Counted from the stretch's first letter, positions 38,521-49,381 are shown. The stretch is 64,000 nt of DNA from an uncultured Eubacteriales bacterium (GCA_948543815.1 CAOVHW010000002.1:13888-77887), one strand, 5' to 3'. Made by a program: numbers and translations. Notes: generated by a model not told the origin, from the sequence alone.

Positions 38521-39168
38521 TTATTTATTTTCTAACAACGATTGTTCATATTCAGATGAAGGTTTGTTGTTTAATTCATTTAAAGCAGATTTAATATTAC
38601 AACGCCAAAGTAAATCTTTTGCGGTTTCCTTTTCTACGTCTTCTTTATAACGTCCTGCTTCTTTAGCTTTAGAAATATTCTCTAAAGCTTTTTTCTCTCT
38701 ATGTTCATCAACTTTTACACTAAAACGAATTAAAAATATTAAACCTGCAATTGCTAATGCAAAGCCTGTAATTGCTAAAGCTGCAAGTCCAATTTGTGGT
38801 ATAGCAGCCAAACAAGCTGCACCTACACCAAAAAATGTTCCAATTGCAGTTGAGGCTCCGACAAACGCGCTTCCAAGTCCAACACCAATTGCTTGACCAA
38901 CAAAACCCAAATCGCAAAGTTCATATATTCCCCAAAAAATAAGAGCAATTACAGCAATAACCAAAAAAGCAAGGACAATAATTAATAAAATTTCACCACC
39001 ATCTTTATCACATGAGCCACAACCTCCCATACAACAAAATATAGGACCACAACTGTTATCTTCGTGCTTATAATCTTCTTGTGTAATAGGAGTAAGAGTT
39101 TTTATTTCATTATTGTCTGTTTGGGAAAAATTATCTTGTTTATAATTTTTGTCTGTTTTATTTTCCAT
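38521..39168 (-). CDS. hypothetical membrane protein: Cys-cluster, TM, Gly/Ala-zipper, K/E-rich tail
   Basis: CGPIFCCMGGCGSCDKDGG, then the TM segment ILLIIVLAFLVIAVIALIFWGIY, then GFVGQAIGVGLGSAFVGASTAIGTFFGVGAACLAAIPQIGLAALAITGFALAIAGLIFLI, then a charged tail. Confidence 0.6.
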   Translation of the reverse strand: MENKTDKNYKQDNFSQTDNNEIKTLTPITQEDYKHEDNSCGPIFCCMGGCGSCDKDGGEILLIIVLAFLVIAVIALIFWGIYELCDLGFVGQAIGVGLGSAFVGASTAIGTFFGVGAACLAAIPQIGLAALAITGFALAIAGLIFLIRFSVKVDEHREKKALENISKAKEAGRYKEDVEKETAKDLLWRCNIKSALNELNNKPSSEYEQSLLENK

Positions 39169-39337
39169 AACATATCTCTCCTTTTATGTACAATTAATAA
39201 AATTATTATAACAGAATTTCAATTAAATATCAATAAGAGTAAGTTTTGACACAAAAATAAGAGCCAAAAAATTTTTCTTGGCTTTTATTTTTTATTGCGT
39301 ATAATATTTGATGGATAGAAATTTTGGAGATGAAAAG

Positions 39338-39835
39338 ATGAAAATTTTAGTCAATTGGTTTAATACTTTTATACTTTTATTTATATTTTCTGTGCTAATG
39401 TTTTTTTTATTTTGGCCGTTTATTATTATTGGTGATTCAATGCAAAATACTTTACAAAATCATGATCGTATTTGTGCATCACGATTATTATCTAAATTTG
39501 ATTTAAAACGTGGCGATATTATTATTTGCAAACATGGCGGAAAAATTATTATTAAACGTATAATTGCATTGCCATCGGAAAAATTATCTATCAAAAATAA
39601 TTTAGTTTATATCAATGAAAAAATTTTGAATGAGCCATATGTTCGTGGCACTACGACAAATGATATTGATATTATTTTAAACGCTGATGAATATTTTATT
39701 ATGGGTGACAACAGAAATTTTAGTGTTGACAGCAGAATTTTTGCTCCGATAAAAAAATCGGATATTGTTGCAAAAGCTTTATTTAAATTTTTCCATAAAC
39801 TTGAATCTATTAATTATAATTGGGAGGATAATTAA
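39338..39835 (+). CDS. lepB: signal peptidase I
   Basis: IIGDSMQNTL (catalytic Ser box), IIKRIIALP (Lys box) and IMGDNRNFSVDSR (box E). The start follows GGAGA. Confidence 0.9.
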   Translation: MKILVNWFNTFILLFIFSVLMFFLFWPFIIIGDSMQNTLQNHDRICASRLLSKFDLKRGDIIICKHGGKIIIKRIIALPSEKLSIKNNLVYINEKILNEPYVRGTTTNDIDIILNADEYFIMGDNRNFSVDSRIFAPIKKSDIVAKALFKFFHKLESINYNWEDN

Positions 39836-40680
39836 TGAAAATCCGCAAGGAATTTTGGTATATTAATTTCGGATTGCTCTTAATTGCTTTAGATATCCAT
39901 CTTTTTAAAACTCCAAATAATTTTGCATTAGGTGGCACTAGTGGTATCTCAATTATTACTCGCTATTATTTTCCTAATATTCGTATTGGCTCTTTAATGT
40001 TCGTATTAAATTTAATTTTTCTTTTGTTCGGTTATTTTATTTTAGGGAAAAAATTTGTCGTTAATACTATTTATGGTTCATTCGTTCTTTCATTAATGGT
40101 ATGGCTATTAGATATCTTTTTCCCAATTAAATCGCCATTGACAAATCAAAAATTAATGGAGCTCGTTTACAGCGTATTTTTACCGGGGGTTGGAAATGCT
40201 ATCGTTTTCAGTTATAATTCTACTACCGGTGGAACGGATATATTGGGCAAAATAATTAGCAAACTTTTTAAAATCAAAATTAGTATTTCAATGTTAATTC
40301 TGGATTTTATTATTGCATTTTGTACGGGATTATTTTTTGGCGTTGAAACTTGTTTGTTCTCAATTCTTGGTGTATGTCTTAAATCTTTTGTGCTTGATTC
40401 CGTGATGGAAAGTATTCATGTCTTTAAAATTTTAGTTATAATAACGGAGAAAAGTGATGACGTAAAAAGATTTATATGCGATAATATTCATCGTGGTGCA
40501 ACAATTCATAGAGCCAGTGGTGCATTTACGCAAAAACAATACGACGTAATTACGGTAATATTGTCACGAAATCAAGCAGCTGTATTGCAAAATTATATAA
40601 AATCGATTGACCCGAAAGCATTTATTTCGATTACGAATTCATCACATATAATTGGGAATGGGTTTGACCGATTTGATTAA
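39835..40680 (+). CDS. YitT-family membrane protein (with DUF2179 C-terminal domain)
   Basis: Multi-TM N-terminus with LGGTSGISII and TTGGTDILG, plus a C-terminal soluble domain of about 80 aa. The ATG overlaps the lepB stop (TAATG). Confidence 0.85.
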   Translation: MKIRKEFWYINFGLLLIALDIHLFKTPNNFALGGTSGISIITRYYFPNIRIGSLMFVLNLIFLLFGYFILGKKFVVNTIYGSFVLSLMVWLLDIFFPIKSPLTNQKLMELVYSVFLPGVGNAIVFSYNSTTGGTDILGKIISKLFKIKISISMLILDFIIAFCTGLFFGVETCLFSILGVCLKSFVLDSVMESIHVFKILVIITEKSDDVKRFICDNIHRGATIHRASGAFTQKQYDVITVILSRNQAAVLQNYIKSIDPKAFISITNSSHIIGNGFDRFD

Positions 40681-40705
40681 TTTATTTTACAAAGGAGAAA
40701 TAAAA

Positions 40706-41968
40706 ATGAAATTTAAAAATTTTTTACTGTTTATTTTTATTATTTGTATTGCTATCGGAATAAATTTTATGGCATATTACGGTGTTGGGCCCAAAAATTT
40801 ATTCAGTATCAAAAATATAAAATTAGGTTTAGATTTACGTGGCGGCGTCTCAATAATTTATCAAGCTGATAAAGAAAATCCGACAACAGCGGAAATGAAT
40901 TCAGCAAAATCGTTGCTACAAGGACGACTCGATAGAAAAAATTTTACGGAAGCACAAGTTGCAATTCAGGGAACAAATCGTATACGCGTTGATATTCCCG
41001 GAGTTGAAAATGCGGAGGAAGCTGTGGATGAAATTGGTAAGACTGCACAATTAATTTTTTGCGATGAAAATGGACAAGTTTTATTGTCAGGTTCTGAAAT
41101 AAAAAATGCTAGCAAACAAGTCGCACAAAAAGATAATAAAACTGAAATAATGGTTGCTTTGGAATTTACGAGTGAAGGCCAAAAATTATTTGAAGAGGCA
41201 ACTGAAAAAAATATTGGCAAAAGAATTTGTATTTGCCTCGACGATGCAATAATAAGTATGCCAACTGTTCAACAAAAAATTACCGGAGGTAATGCAACGA
41301 TTACGGGCGATTTTACTGCAAAATCAGCTGAAGAATTGGCGGCATTGATTCGTGCAGGTTCATTGCCATTTAATTTAAAAATTATAAATTTGGATAATGT
41401 TGGAGCAAAACTTGGAGCTGATGCGCTCGAAACAAGTTTAAAGGCTGGAGTTCTCGGAACATTGCTTGTAATTTTATTTATGCTTATCTTTTACAAAATT
41501 TTTGGATTTGCAGCCGATATTGCATTGTTCATTTATGTAGGTTTGGTTCTGTCATTGTTGAGTTTATTTTCAGTTACTTTAACTTTGCCGGGCATCGCCG
41601 GAATTATTTTATCTGTTGGTATGGCAGTCGATGCGAACGTAATTATTTTTGAGAGAATAAAAAACGAATTGGAAAACAAAAAAAGTATACGTGCGTCAAT
41701 TAAATCAGGTTTTGCTAAAGCTTTTTCCGCTATCTTTGACGGCAATATCACAACTCTTATCGCGGCTTTGGTTTTATATTGCTTCGGCTCAGGCCCGGTA
41801 AAAGGTTTTGCACAAACTTTATCGCTTGGAATTATTATTTCAATGTTTACGGCGCTCATTGTTACACGCTTTATAATAAACAGTTTGGTTGGAATGGGAT
41901 TGAGCAATGTGAAATTTTTTGGAGTGAAAGGAGAAATTTTAAATGAAAATAGTAGAAAACAAAAATAA
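40706..41968 (+). CDS. secD: protein translocase subunit SecD
   Basis: LGLDLRGGVSIIYQ..., a periplasmic domain, and a C-terminal 6-TM region (GIAGIILSVGMAVDANVIIFERIK). The start follows AAAGGAGAAA. Confidence 0.93.
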   Translation: MKFKNFLLFIFIICIAIGINFMAYYGVGPKNLFSIKNIKLGLDLRGGVSIIYQADKENPTTAEMNSAKSLLQGRLDRKNFTEAQVAIQGTNRIRVDIPGVENAEEAVDEIGKTAQLIFCDENGQVLLSGSEIKNASKQVAQKDNKTEIMVALEFTSEGQKLFEEATEKNIGKRICICLDDAIISMPTVQQKITGGNATITGDFTAKSAEELAALIRAGSLPFNLKIINLDNVGAKLGADALETSLKAGVLGTLLVILFMLIFYKIFGFAADIALFIYVGLVLSLLSLFSVTLTLPGIAGIILSVGMAVDANVIIFERIKNELENKKSIRASIKSGFAKAFSAIFDGNITTLIAALVLYCFGSGPVKGFAQTLSLGIIISMFTALIVTRFIINSLVGMGLSNVKFFGVKGEILNENSRKQK

Positions 41969-42815
41969 ATTTTTTTTGCTGTCACTTATAATAATTTTGG
42001 TTGGCATAGCGTTCATGATTTACAATTATGTGAATGGCAATGGTATTTTTAATTATGATGTTGAATTTTCTGGCGGGACGTCAATTCGTATCGACATCGG
42101 TAAAGATTTTTCAAACGAAGATATTGAGAAGACAGTTTCAAAAATTACGGGGCAATCATCTGCGCAAATTCAACGTGTTTTAAATAAAAATCAAGTTATG
42201 ATAAAAATAAAATCGACGGATAAAAAAGTTCGTGATGATTTAATTGATGAGCTCGCAAAAAATTATGGATTTGATAAAAAATCTGTAGCTATTTCGGATA
42301 TTAGTGCGACTATCAGCAATGAAATGCAACGTAGCGCAATAATTGCTGTAGTGCTCGCATGTTTGGCAATTTTGATTTACATTTCAATTCGCTTCAAAAA
42401 TATAAAAACTGGTTCGTGTGCTGTTATTGCTCTTTTACACGACACAATCATTACAATATTAAGTTACGCTGTCTTTCGTATTCCACTGAATTATTCTTTT
42501 ATTGCTGTTGTTCTTACAATTTTAGGCTATTCAATAAATGCAACGATAGTAATATTTGATCGAATGCGCGAGAATAAAATGTTTAATATAAAGGATGAGA
42601 CAGAACTTGTTGATAAAAGTGTTATGCAAACTATGCGGCGTTCACTTTTTACTTCATTGACAACTTTACTTTCTATTATTTGTTTATATTTTATGGGCGT
42701 GGCGTCAATTAAAGATTTTTCATTGCCAATTATAATCGGAATAATTTGTGGAACTTACTCCTCAATTTGTATTGCAACGTCACTATGGTTTGTTATGAAT
42801 AAAAAATCGGTATAA
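41943..42815 (+). CDS. secF: protein translocase subunit SecF
   Basis: DVEFSGGTSIRI...LHDTIITILSYAVF...GYSINATIVIFDRMRE is the SecF pattern. It overlaps the secD end. Confidence 0.93.
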   Translation: MKIVENKNKFFLLSLIIILVGIAFMIYNYVNGNGIFNYDVEFSGGTSIRIDIGKDFSNEDIEKTVSKITGQSSAQIQRVLNKNQVMIKIKSTDKKVRDDLIDELAKNYGFDKKSVAISDISATISNEMQRSAIIAVVLACLAILIYISIRFKNIKTGSCAVIALLHDTIITILSYAVFRIPLNYSFIAVVLTILGYSINATIVIFDRMRENKMFNIKDETELVDKSVMQTMRRSLFTSLTTLLSIICLYFMGVASIKDFSLPIIIGIICGTYSSICIATSLWFVMNKKSV

Positions 42816-42848
42816 AAATGGGATGCGAAAATGCATCCCATTTTTTTT
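42814..42848. terminator. bidirectional rho-independent terminator
   Basis: TGGGATGC-gaaaat-GCATCCCA flanked by an A-run and a T-run. It lies between secF (+) and the small DUF1540-like ORF (-). Confidence 0.65.
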
Positions 42849-43002
42849 ATATTTCTGGCTCAAAATTATTACATTCGGTATCTTTTTTATGACGTGCTTC
42901 AAAATTTGATTCGCCAACTTCGATATTGGGCAATGTACAAAAATTATTTTTATTATTATGGCGGCAATTAATAACTTTGCATTGAATTTCCTGATTTGGC
43001 AT
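42847..43002 (-). CDS. DUF1540-like small Cys-containing protein (51 aa)
   Basis: Hand-called: MPNQEIQCKVINCRHNNKNNFCTLPNIEVGESNFEARHKKDTECNNFEPEI. It shows the C.V..C.HN....C....I.V pattern of DUF1540. GGAGGTG lies 8 nt upstream. Confidence 0.6.
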   Translation of the reverse strand: MPNQEIQCKVINCRHNNKNNFCTLPNIEVGESNFEARHKKDTECNNFEPEI

Positions 43003-43101
43003 TTTATACACCTCCATTCGTTAAATATTATTGACAGTGCCAAAAAAAATATACAAGTTCTAAAGATTTTTGAAGTGAATAAAACAATATAGGTGAAGTA
43101 A

Positions 43102-43893
43102 ATGAGATATCGCAAGCCAGATTATGTTACTAATTTTTTGTCAATATTTTTTTTAATATTACTAGGTGCATTAGTGCATAACAGAGTATATATCAAAACA
43201 ATTGTACCAAAAGAAATTATTGCAGCATTTCAAATGCCTTATAAAACTTTTGCTAAGCTTCAAACCCTTTCACAAAAATATAATATTCCACTCGAGGAAA
43301 TCTTAAGTGTTTATTCGCTTGAGAATAAATTTTTCCCGAATAAATCAAATATTGAACCTGAGGATGAAATCGAAAAAAATTTAATCGTAAATTACAATAC
43401 GATTAAAAAAAAGTATAAAAATATTCGACAATATACACGTATGTTTAAAAATATTATTGACGAAATTAAATGTTTTCCGATACAAAATGGTAGCGATTAT
43501 ATTTTTGGCGATAGCTGGGAAAGAAAAACGAATAGTAAAATCCCACAAGGCTGCGATATTTTTGACCGCGAAAATATTTCTGGCCGTATTCCAATTATAA
43601 ATGTAAGTGATGGCGAAATCGCAAATATATGTTGGGATGATAATCTCGGCTATAATATTGAAGTAAAAACTTCGAGCGGTAACGTTTATTTATATTGCTG
43701 TTTGGAAAAATTTGCAGACGGTCTCGAAAAAAATTCAAAAGTAAAAGCCGGACAAACTTTAGGATATATGGGTAAGAAAGAAAATTTTGTACATTTACAT
43801 TTTTGTATAAATCCAAAGGTAAAATTTGCGGACAAAAATTTTTTTATCGACCCATATTTATTTTTACGAATGGTTGAAGCGAAAAAGAATTAA
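43102..43893 (+). CDS. M23-family (LytM-like) peptidase
   Basis: N-terminal TM segment. The C-terminal GYNIEVKTSSGNVYLYCCLEKF...VKAGQTLGYMG...VHLHF matches the M23 beta-sheet core with the HxH motif. Confidence 0.7.
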   Translation: MRYRKPDYVTNFLSIFFLILLGALVHNRVYIKTIVPKEIIAAFQMPYKTFAKLQTLSQKYNIPLEEILSVYSLENKFFPNKSNIEPEDEIEKNLIVNYNTIKKKYKNIRQYTRMFKNIIDEIKCFPIQNGSDYIFGDSWERKTNSKIPQGCDIFDRENISGRIPIINVSDGEIANICWDDNLGYNIEVKTSSGNVYLYCCLEKFADGLEKNSKVKAGQTLGYMGKKENFVHLHFCINPKVKFADKNFFIDPYLFLRMVEAKKN

Positions 43894-45248
43894 TGTTCAA
43901 CAACCGCGACAAAATTTTCTTTTACACCCAAAACATTTATACCTTTATTCATATAATTTTTTACTGACTCAATTATTTCTTGACTGATAATTTCGCCGGG
44001 AATTATTAGTGGAATTCCGGGCGGATAAACTGTAATATAATCGGCACTGATTTTATTTAAGCTTTTTTCTAATTCTATATACTGTTTGCTTTTTAAATTC
44101 GTTTGTTTTACCGAAAACGCAGTTTTTAATTTTACAGGAGTTTCTTGCTTGAAATTTAATTTTTTATATTCACAATTTTTTTCGAGATAATCAATTGCAT
44201 GAATTAATTTTTCAAATCCTAAATCGGTATCGGCAATCGAAGAAAGCGCTACAAAATGATTTAAACCTTGCATTTCAATTTGTATAGAAAATTTATCGCG
44301 TAAAATTTTTTCTGCATTTATATTTGAGTTCACGAAAAAAGTTAATTTGCTGATATCTAAATCATTAAATCCAAAATTTTTTACGTCAAATTTATTTACA
44401 AGATTGATTATTTTATTGTCAGATAAAATATTTCGTATATTTTCTAATTTTTTCACATATTTGTCAAAAAAATTTGGCTGAGAAATTTTTTTAAGTGTGC
44501 TATCAATTATGCTCATAAAAATATATGAGGGGCTTGACGTTTGAAACATTGCTAAATATTTTTTTACACTTTCTGTATCAATTAAATTGCTGTTCATATG
44601 TAAAACAGCGCTTTGCGTAAGACACGGCAGAGTTTTATGTAAACTATTAATGATAATATCTGCTCCGGATTTTATCGCTGGGAGCGGGAATTTTTTATGA
44701 AAAATAAAATGTGAGCCATGCGCTTCGTCGACAATTAAAATTTTTTTGTATTGATGTGTGAGCTGTGAAATTTTTTTTACATCTAAACAAAATCCTTCAT
44801 AGTTTGGACTTGTAATAAAAACCGCTTTAACTTTACTTTTTTGGCGCAATAAATTTTCTAGTTCGTTATAATTTATTGCATTCCAAAAATTTTTTCCGTA
44901 TAAATAATGCGCGCGAACACCGGAAAGTTCCAGTGCATTATAAAAACTTTTGTGACTGTTACGCATCGCAATTATTTCATCATTTTCATTACAAATTGAA
45001 AAAATTGCCGACATAACAGCTGAACTCGCTCCGTTTACAACAAAAAAACTTTCGTAGCAGCCAAAAATTTTTGCACAATTTTCCTGTGCATCTTTTATAA
45101 TTCCGTTTGGGTTATGTAAATTATCTAAACCGTCAATTTCCGTCATGTCTAAATTTAATAAATCTTGGCCGATAAAATTTTTATTGCGCTTGTGGCCAGG
45201 CATATGAAATGGATATAAATTTTTTAGCTGCAAAATTTTTTCTTCCAA
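43890..45248 (-). CDS. PLP-dependent Orn/Lys/Arg decarboxylase family protein
   Basis: FHMPGHKRN..., DEAHGSHF and SLHKTLP (PLP lysine) are typical of the OKR_DC_1 major domain. Confidence 0.85.
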   Translation of the reverse strand: MEEKILQLKNLYPFHMPGHKRNKNFIGQDLLNLDMTEIDGLDNLHNPNGIIKDAQENCAKIFGCYESFFVVNGASSAVMSAIFSICNENDEIIAMRNSHKSFYNALELSGVRAHYLYGKNFWNAINYNELENLLRQKSKVKAVFITSPNYEGFCLDVKKISQLTHQYKKILIVDEAHGSHFIFHKKFPLPAIKSGADIIINSLHKTLPCLTQSAVLHMNSNLIDTESVKKYLAMFQTSSPSYIFMSIIDSTLKKISQPNFFDKYVKKLENIRNILSDNKIINLVNKFDVKNFGFNDLDISKLTFFVNSNINAEKILRDKFSIQIEMQGLNHFVALSSIADTDLGFEKLIHAIDYLEKNCEYKKLNFKQETPVKLKTAFSVKQTNLKSKQYIELEKSLNKISADYITVYPPGIPLIIPGEIISQEIIESVKNYMNKGINVLGVKENFVAVVEH

Positions 45249-45289
45249 CTATTTTGCTCCTTTCTGGTAAAATATTTAAGGTGAGAAAA

Positions 45290-47038
45290 ATGAAAAAATG
45301 GATTATAAATAAAAATGACGCTGATTTGGAACTTATGTCAAAAGTTTTAAAAATTGACCGCCAAATCGCAAACATATTAGCTAACAGAAATATCCGTACA
45401 AAAAATACCGCGATTAAATTTTTAAATCCAAATTTGAAATTTTTACACGATACGCGCGCGATGAAAGACATGGATAAATTAATTGACATAATAAAAATTG
45501 CGGTTGCTGAACATAAAAAAATTACAGTTTATGGCGATTATGATGTCGACGGAGTTATGAGCACAGTCATTTTATTTAAAACTTTATTAAAGATTAATGC
45601 TGATGTCGACTTTTATTTGCCATCACGTACGGACGACGGTTTCGGATTAAATATCAATGCGATAGATAAAATTTATAAAAATGGTACGAAATTGATAATA
45701 ACTTGCGACAATGGAATTGCAGCTGTAAAAGAAATTGAACACGCAAAAAAATTGGGAATAAAAATTATAATCATTGACCACCATTCACCAAACACTGATG
45801 CCGAAAAAGATATTTTGCCGGAAGCTGATGCCATTGTCGATAACAAACAAAAAGATTGCCAATATCCTTTTAAAATGTTGTGTGCCGGTGGTATGGTTTA
45901 CAAAATTTCAAAATTGTTGCTTGATGAATTTAAAGTGGAATTTGACGACGATTTTCTTGTGTTCGCCGCAATTGCAACTTTATGCGATGTTGTTCCGCTC
46001 ATAGATGAAAATCGTATTATTGCAAAATGTGGACTCGATTTGATAAACGACAAAAAAGTTAAAAACAAAGGACTTATTTCGCTTCTTAAATTCAACAAAA
46101 TTTATAATCGCAAAATTAATGCTGACGATATTGCTTTTATAATCGGACCGTGTATAAATGCGTGTGGGCGAATAAAATCTGCCAATCTCGCCGCAAAATT
46201 ATTTTTAACGGAAGATGAAGAACTTGCGTTTGAAATTTGCCAATTAAATGATGAACGAAAAATAATGACAAAAGAGGCATGCCGTGAAATTTTCCAAGAG
46301 CTTGAAAATTATGATTTAATACAAAATCCAGTGATTGTCTACTATAATAATAATATTGCGGAAAGTATTGCGGGGATTGTTGCGGGGAAAATCAAGGAAA
46401 AATATTATCATCCGGTAATTTTTTTTACTGATAGTAATAATATAATAAAAGGTTCGGCGCGCTCGATTGACAGTTATAATATGTTTGATGAATTACAAAA
46501 ATGTCGTGATTTATTTTTAAAATTTGGTGGCCATACAATGGCGGCAGGAATATCGATGCAAAAAGAAAATTTTGATTTGTTAAGTGAAAAATTAAATTCT
46601 AATTGTCAATTAAGCAGTGATGATTTTGTCGCAAAAATAAATATCGATGCAAAACTTGACATCGATAAGATAAATTATGATATCGCAAAAAAATTAATGG
46701 TACTCGCACCGTTTGGCCATAAAAATCGTGAGCCACTTTTTATTTGTCAAAATGTTCATGTTGAAAAATTAAATGCGATCGAGGATAAAAATACTCTTAT
46801 ATTTTCTTTGTGCAAAAATAAAAAATCTATCAAGGCAATTTGTTTTGGTATGTACGAGCAATTCCATGAGCAACTTTTATTTCATTACGATAATTATGAG
46901 AGTGTGAAAATTTTAAACGGTGTCTTGAAAGATATTGACTTGGTCCTCGACATAGTTTACAGTATAGAAATAAATGAGTTTAATAATGATATTTGCTTGC
47001 AGTTACGACTGAAAGATTTTATGATCGAAGGAGATTAA
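45290..47038 (+). CDS. recJ: single-stranded-DNA-specific exonuclease RecJ
   Basis: ITVYGDYDVDGVMS...ITCDNGI...IIIDHH (DHH motifs) and FGGHTMAAG (DHHA1). The start follows AAGGTGAG. Confidence 0.93.
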   Translation: MKKWIINKNDADLELMSKVLKIDRQIANILANRNIRTKNTAIKFLNPNLKFLHDTRAMKDMDKLIDIIKIAVAEHKKITVYGDYDVDGVMSTVILFKTLLKINADVDFYLPSRTDDGFGLNINAIDKIYKNGTKLIITCDNGIAAVKEIEHAKKLGIKIIIIDHHSPNTDAEKDILPEADAIVDNKQKDCQYPFKMLCAGGMVYKISKLLLDEFKVEFDDDFLVFAAIATLCDVVPLIDENRIIAKCGLDLINDKKVKNKGLISLLKFNKIYNRKINADDIAFIIGPCINACGRIKSANLAAKLFLTEDEELAFEICQLNDERKIMTKEACREIFQELENYDLIQNPVIVYYNNNIAESIAGIVAGKIKEKYYHPVIFFTDSNNIIKGSARSIDSYNMFDELQKCRDLFLKFGGHTMAAGISMQKENFDLLSEKLNSNCQLSSDDFVAKINIDAKLDIDKINYDIAKKLMVLAPFGHKNREPLFICQNVHVEKLNAIEDKNTLIFSLCKNKKSIKAICFGMYEQFHEQLLFHYDNYESVKILNGVLKDIDLVLDIVYSIEINEFNNDICLQLRLKDFMIEGD

Positions 47039-47039
47039 T

Positions 47040-47555
47040 ATGGATTTAAAAAAAGTAATAAGAAACATAAATGATTTCCCGCAAAAAGGTATTTTGTTCT
47101 ACGACATAACTACTATTTTAAATTCACCCGACGCACTTAGTTTTGCAATTGATAAAATGGCTGAAAAGATAAGCGATATCGATTTTGATTTAATTGCGTG
47201 CCCAGAATCTCGTGGATTTATTTTCGGTATGCCATTGGCATATAAATTGAAAAAAGGTTTTGTACCGGCGCGAAAGGCCGGAAAACTTCCGTATAAAATT
47301 GTAAGCAAATCATATTCGCTTGAGTATGGCACAAATTCCATCGAAATTCATGCTGATGCAATAAAGCCTGGACAAAAAGTTATTATAGTTGATGATTTAT
47401 TAGCAACCGGTGGGACTTGTAAAGCGTTAGCGGAATTAATAGAAGAAGTTGGAGGAGAAGTTGTAGCCATAGAATTTTTGATAGAGTTAAAAAATTTAAA
47501 TGGTCGTAAAAATTTATTTAAGTATCAAAATATTTTGTCAGTGATAGATTACTGA
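47040..47555 (+). CDS. apt: adenine phosphoribosyltransferase
   Basis: FPQKGILFYDIT...ESRGFIFG...VIIVDDLLATGGT is the PRPP-binding motif. Confidence 0.95.
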   Translation: MDLKKVIRNINDFPQKGILFYDITTILNSPDALSFAIDKMAEKISDIDFDLIACPESRGFIFGMPLAYKLKKGFVPARKAGKLPYKIVSKSYSLEYGTNSIEIHADAIKPGQKVIIVDDLLATGGTCKALAELIEEVGGEVVAIEFLIELKNLNGRKNLFKYQNILSVIDY

Positions 47556-47556
47556 T

Positions 47557-49359
47557 TTATTCATCATTAAGTTTTAAAACGCTCATGAATGCGGATTGTG
47601 GGATTTCAACATTTCCAACTTGCCGCATTCTTTTTTTACCTTCTTTTTGTTTTTCAAGCAATTTTCTTTTACGAGAGATATCGCCGCCATAACATTTTGC
47701 AAGAACATCTTTACGCATAGCACTAATTGTTTCGCGTGCAATTATTTTATTTCCAATGCTGGCTTGAATAGGAATTTCAAATAATTGACGCGGTATCAAA
47801 GTTTTTAATTTTTCTGCCATTTTTCGGCCGCGTTCATAAGCTGTTGAGCGATGCACGATAAATGATAATGAGTCGATGATTTCACGGTTAATCAAAATAT
47901 CTAGACGTACCAAGTCAGATTCTTTATACTCAATTAATTCGTAATCAAAAGAAGCATAGCCACGACTACGCGATTTTAAAACGTCAAAAAAATCATAAAT
48001 GATTTCATTCAACGGCAAATGATAAATAATTTTTACGCGCGTAGCATCTAAATATTTCATGTCAATATAAACGCCACGCCGTTGCTGACATAATTTCATA
48101 ATTGCACCAATATAATCTTGCGGTAAAATAATTTCCGCTTTTATTATCGGTTCTTCTATCTTTGAAATTTTTGTTGTGTCGGGCAAATCACACGGATTCG
48201 ATAAATTTATACAACTTCCATCTGTCAAGTAAACTTTATATACAACGCCAGGTGCCGTAGTAACCAATTCTAAATTATATTCGCGCTCGAGACGTTCTTG
48301 AATAATTTCAAGATGTAAAAGCCCTAAAAATCCACAACGAAATCCAAATCCTAAAGCGGCAGAAGTTTCTGGTTCAAAACTTAGTGACGCATCATTTAAA
48401 CTTAATTTTTCGAGCGCATCACGAAGCATTGGATAATATGAACTGTCAGAAGGATAAAGCCCGCAATAAACCATAGGTGTAACTTTTTTGTAGCCGGGCA
48501 ATGGATTTTCAGTAGGTGTATAAAAATCTGTAACAGTGTCGCCAATTTGTGTGTCGCGAACATTTTTTATGCTTGCTGTAAAATATCCAACATCGCCAGC
48601 TTTTAATTCATTGCATGGAACAAATTTACCGGGTGAAAAAAATCCAACTTCAATTACGTCAAAGGATTTTTCTGTCGCCATAAATTTTATTTTTGAGCCG
48701 GCAGATATTTTTCCGTCAAAAATGCGCAAAAAAATAATAACGCCGCGATAAGCGTCATATATTGAGTCAAAAACCAAAGCTTTGAGCGGTTTATTTTCAT
48801 CGCCGTTTGGTGCAGGAATGTCATTGACAATTTTTTCAAATACTTGGTCGATATTGATATTGGCTTTAGCGGAAATGAGTGGTGCATTTTCCGCATCAAT
48901 TCCAATTATATTTTCGATTTCATTTTTTACGCGCTGAGGGTCAGCACTCGGTAAATCAATTTTATTTATAATGGGGACAATTTCTAAATTATCATTGATA
49001 GCGAGATAAACATTGGCAATTGTTTGAGCCTCAACACCTTGTGCGGCATCAACAACTAAAATTGCACCTTCACACGCCGCCAAACTTCGTGATACTTCAT
49101 AATTAAAGTCAACATGTCCGGGCGTATCAATTAAATTCAAAATATAATCTGCGTTATTAAAATTGTAATGCAAACGTACAGATTGTGCTTTAATTGTAAT
49201 TCCACGTTCGCGTTCCAAATCCATATTGTCCAGAACTTGATTTTGCATTTGACGTTCAGAAAGCAGGCCAGAATTTTGAATTAATTTGTCAGCCAAAGTT
49301 GACTTTCCATGATCGATATGGGCAATGATACAAAAATTTCTAATAAATTTTTGTCGCAT
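47557..49359 (-). CDS. lepA: translation elongation factor 4
   Basis: [21 protein letters not shown]...DTPGHVDF...NKIDL and the LepA-specific C-terminus. The start is taken at MRQKF; the track start at 49428 adds 23 aa. Confidence 0.96.
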   Translation of the reverse strand: MRQKFIRNFCIIAHIDHGKSTLADKLIQNSGLLSERQMQNQVLDNMDLERERGITIKAQSVRLHYNFNNADYILNLIDTPGHVDFNYEVSRSLAACEGAILVVDAAQGVEAQTIANVYLAINDNLEIVPIINKIDLPSADPQRVKNEIENIIGIDAENAPLISAKANINIDQVFEKIVNDIPAPNGDENKPLKALVFDSIYDAYRGVIIFLRIFDGKISAGSKIKFMATEKSFDVIEVGFFSPGKFVPCNELKAGDVGYFTASIKNVRDTQIGDTVTDFYTPTENPLPGYKKVTPMVYCGLYPSDSSYYPMLRDALEKLSLNDASLSFEPETSAALGFGFRCGFLGLLHLEIIQERLEREYNLELVTTAPGVVYKVYLTDGSCINLSNPCDLPDTTKISKIEEPIIKAEIILPQDYIGAIMKLCQQRRGVYIDMKYLDATRVKIIYHLPLNEIIYDFFDVLKSRSRGYASFDYELIEYKESDLVRLDILINREIIDSLSFIVHRSTAYERGRKMAEKLKTLIPRQLFEIPIQASIGNKIIARETISAMRKDVLAKCYGGDISRKRKLLEKQKEGKKRMRQVGNVEIPQSAFMSVLKLNDE

Positions 49360-49381
49360 TTTTTCACCTCTTACCAAGATT

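Noticed and set aside
39262-39283. Hairpin GCCAAAAAA/TTTTTCTTGGC between the Gly-zipper gene and lepB.
   Set aside because: It lies in a divergent promoter region, upstream of both genes, so it is not a terminator. The stem is weak with almost no loop.
42783-43115. 110-aa minus-strand ORF between secF and the M23 peptidase gene.
   Set aside because: It runs through a bidirectional terminator, has no RBS and has a junk-like composition. A 51-aa DUF1540-like ORF in another frame explains the region better.
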